DNA of 64,000 bases, taken from the NCBI GenBank assembly GCA_965224195.1, contig OZ245040.1, positions 704,001-768,000 of the forward strand, read 5' to 3'. Numbering within the stretch: position 1 is the stretch's first letter; each line of letters opens with the position of its first letter. This document shows, one piece after another, positions 63,757 through 64,000 of this stretch. Made by a program: the position numbers and the translations under genes. The notes under the pieces were generated by a model. That model did no database searches. It worked only from the letters and a program-made list of their open reading frames with translations, and had not been told where the DNA came from. This stretch comes from Nitrosopumilus sp. GTDB lineage: Archaea > Thermoproteota > Nitrososphaeria > Nitrososphaerales > Nitrosopumilaceae.

Positions 63757-64000
<244 letters not shown>

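Overview
This window looks like a Nitrosopumilus-like ammonia-oxidising thaumarchaeon. The evidence is the archaeal ribosomal protein cluster, a CdvB/ESCRT-III paralogue, the 3HP/4HB carbon-fixation genes and a TackOD1-type regulator. The first ~20 kb, downstream of tRNA-Asn(GTT), is a defence island. It holds a UvrD helicase-PD-(D/E)XK nuclease gene, a 90-spacer CRISPR array and a type I-G (I-U) cas operon (csb1/cas7, csb2, cas3, csb3-like cas8g, an extra stand-alone Csb2/Cas6-like gene, cas4-cas1, cas2), with a decayed IS5 abutting the cas promoter. The rest is mostly core genome: the L3-L6 ribosomal cluster, psmA, bioFBAD, HMG-CoA synthase, a urease/urea-transport cluster and 3-hydroxypropionyl-CoA synthetase and dehydratase. 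It is scattered with IS remnants and pseudogenes. The most unusual signals are: (1) a spacer that is a complete, inverted, foreign I-G CRISPR repeat with compensatory stem changes; (2) a 37-37-37 bp repeat-insert-repeat scar that splits a host gene and resembles ectopic Cas1 spacer integration; (3) a second Cas6-like gene; (4) three spacers matching pentapeptide-repeat coding sequence; (5) an IS6-type composite built from 60-bp hairpin units; (6) a GTTAAC-N16-GTTAAC box shared by the bioB and rpl3 promoters. All calls come from reading the sequence by eye; no database searches were run.
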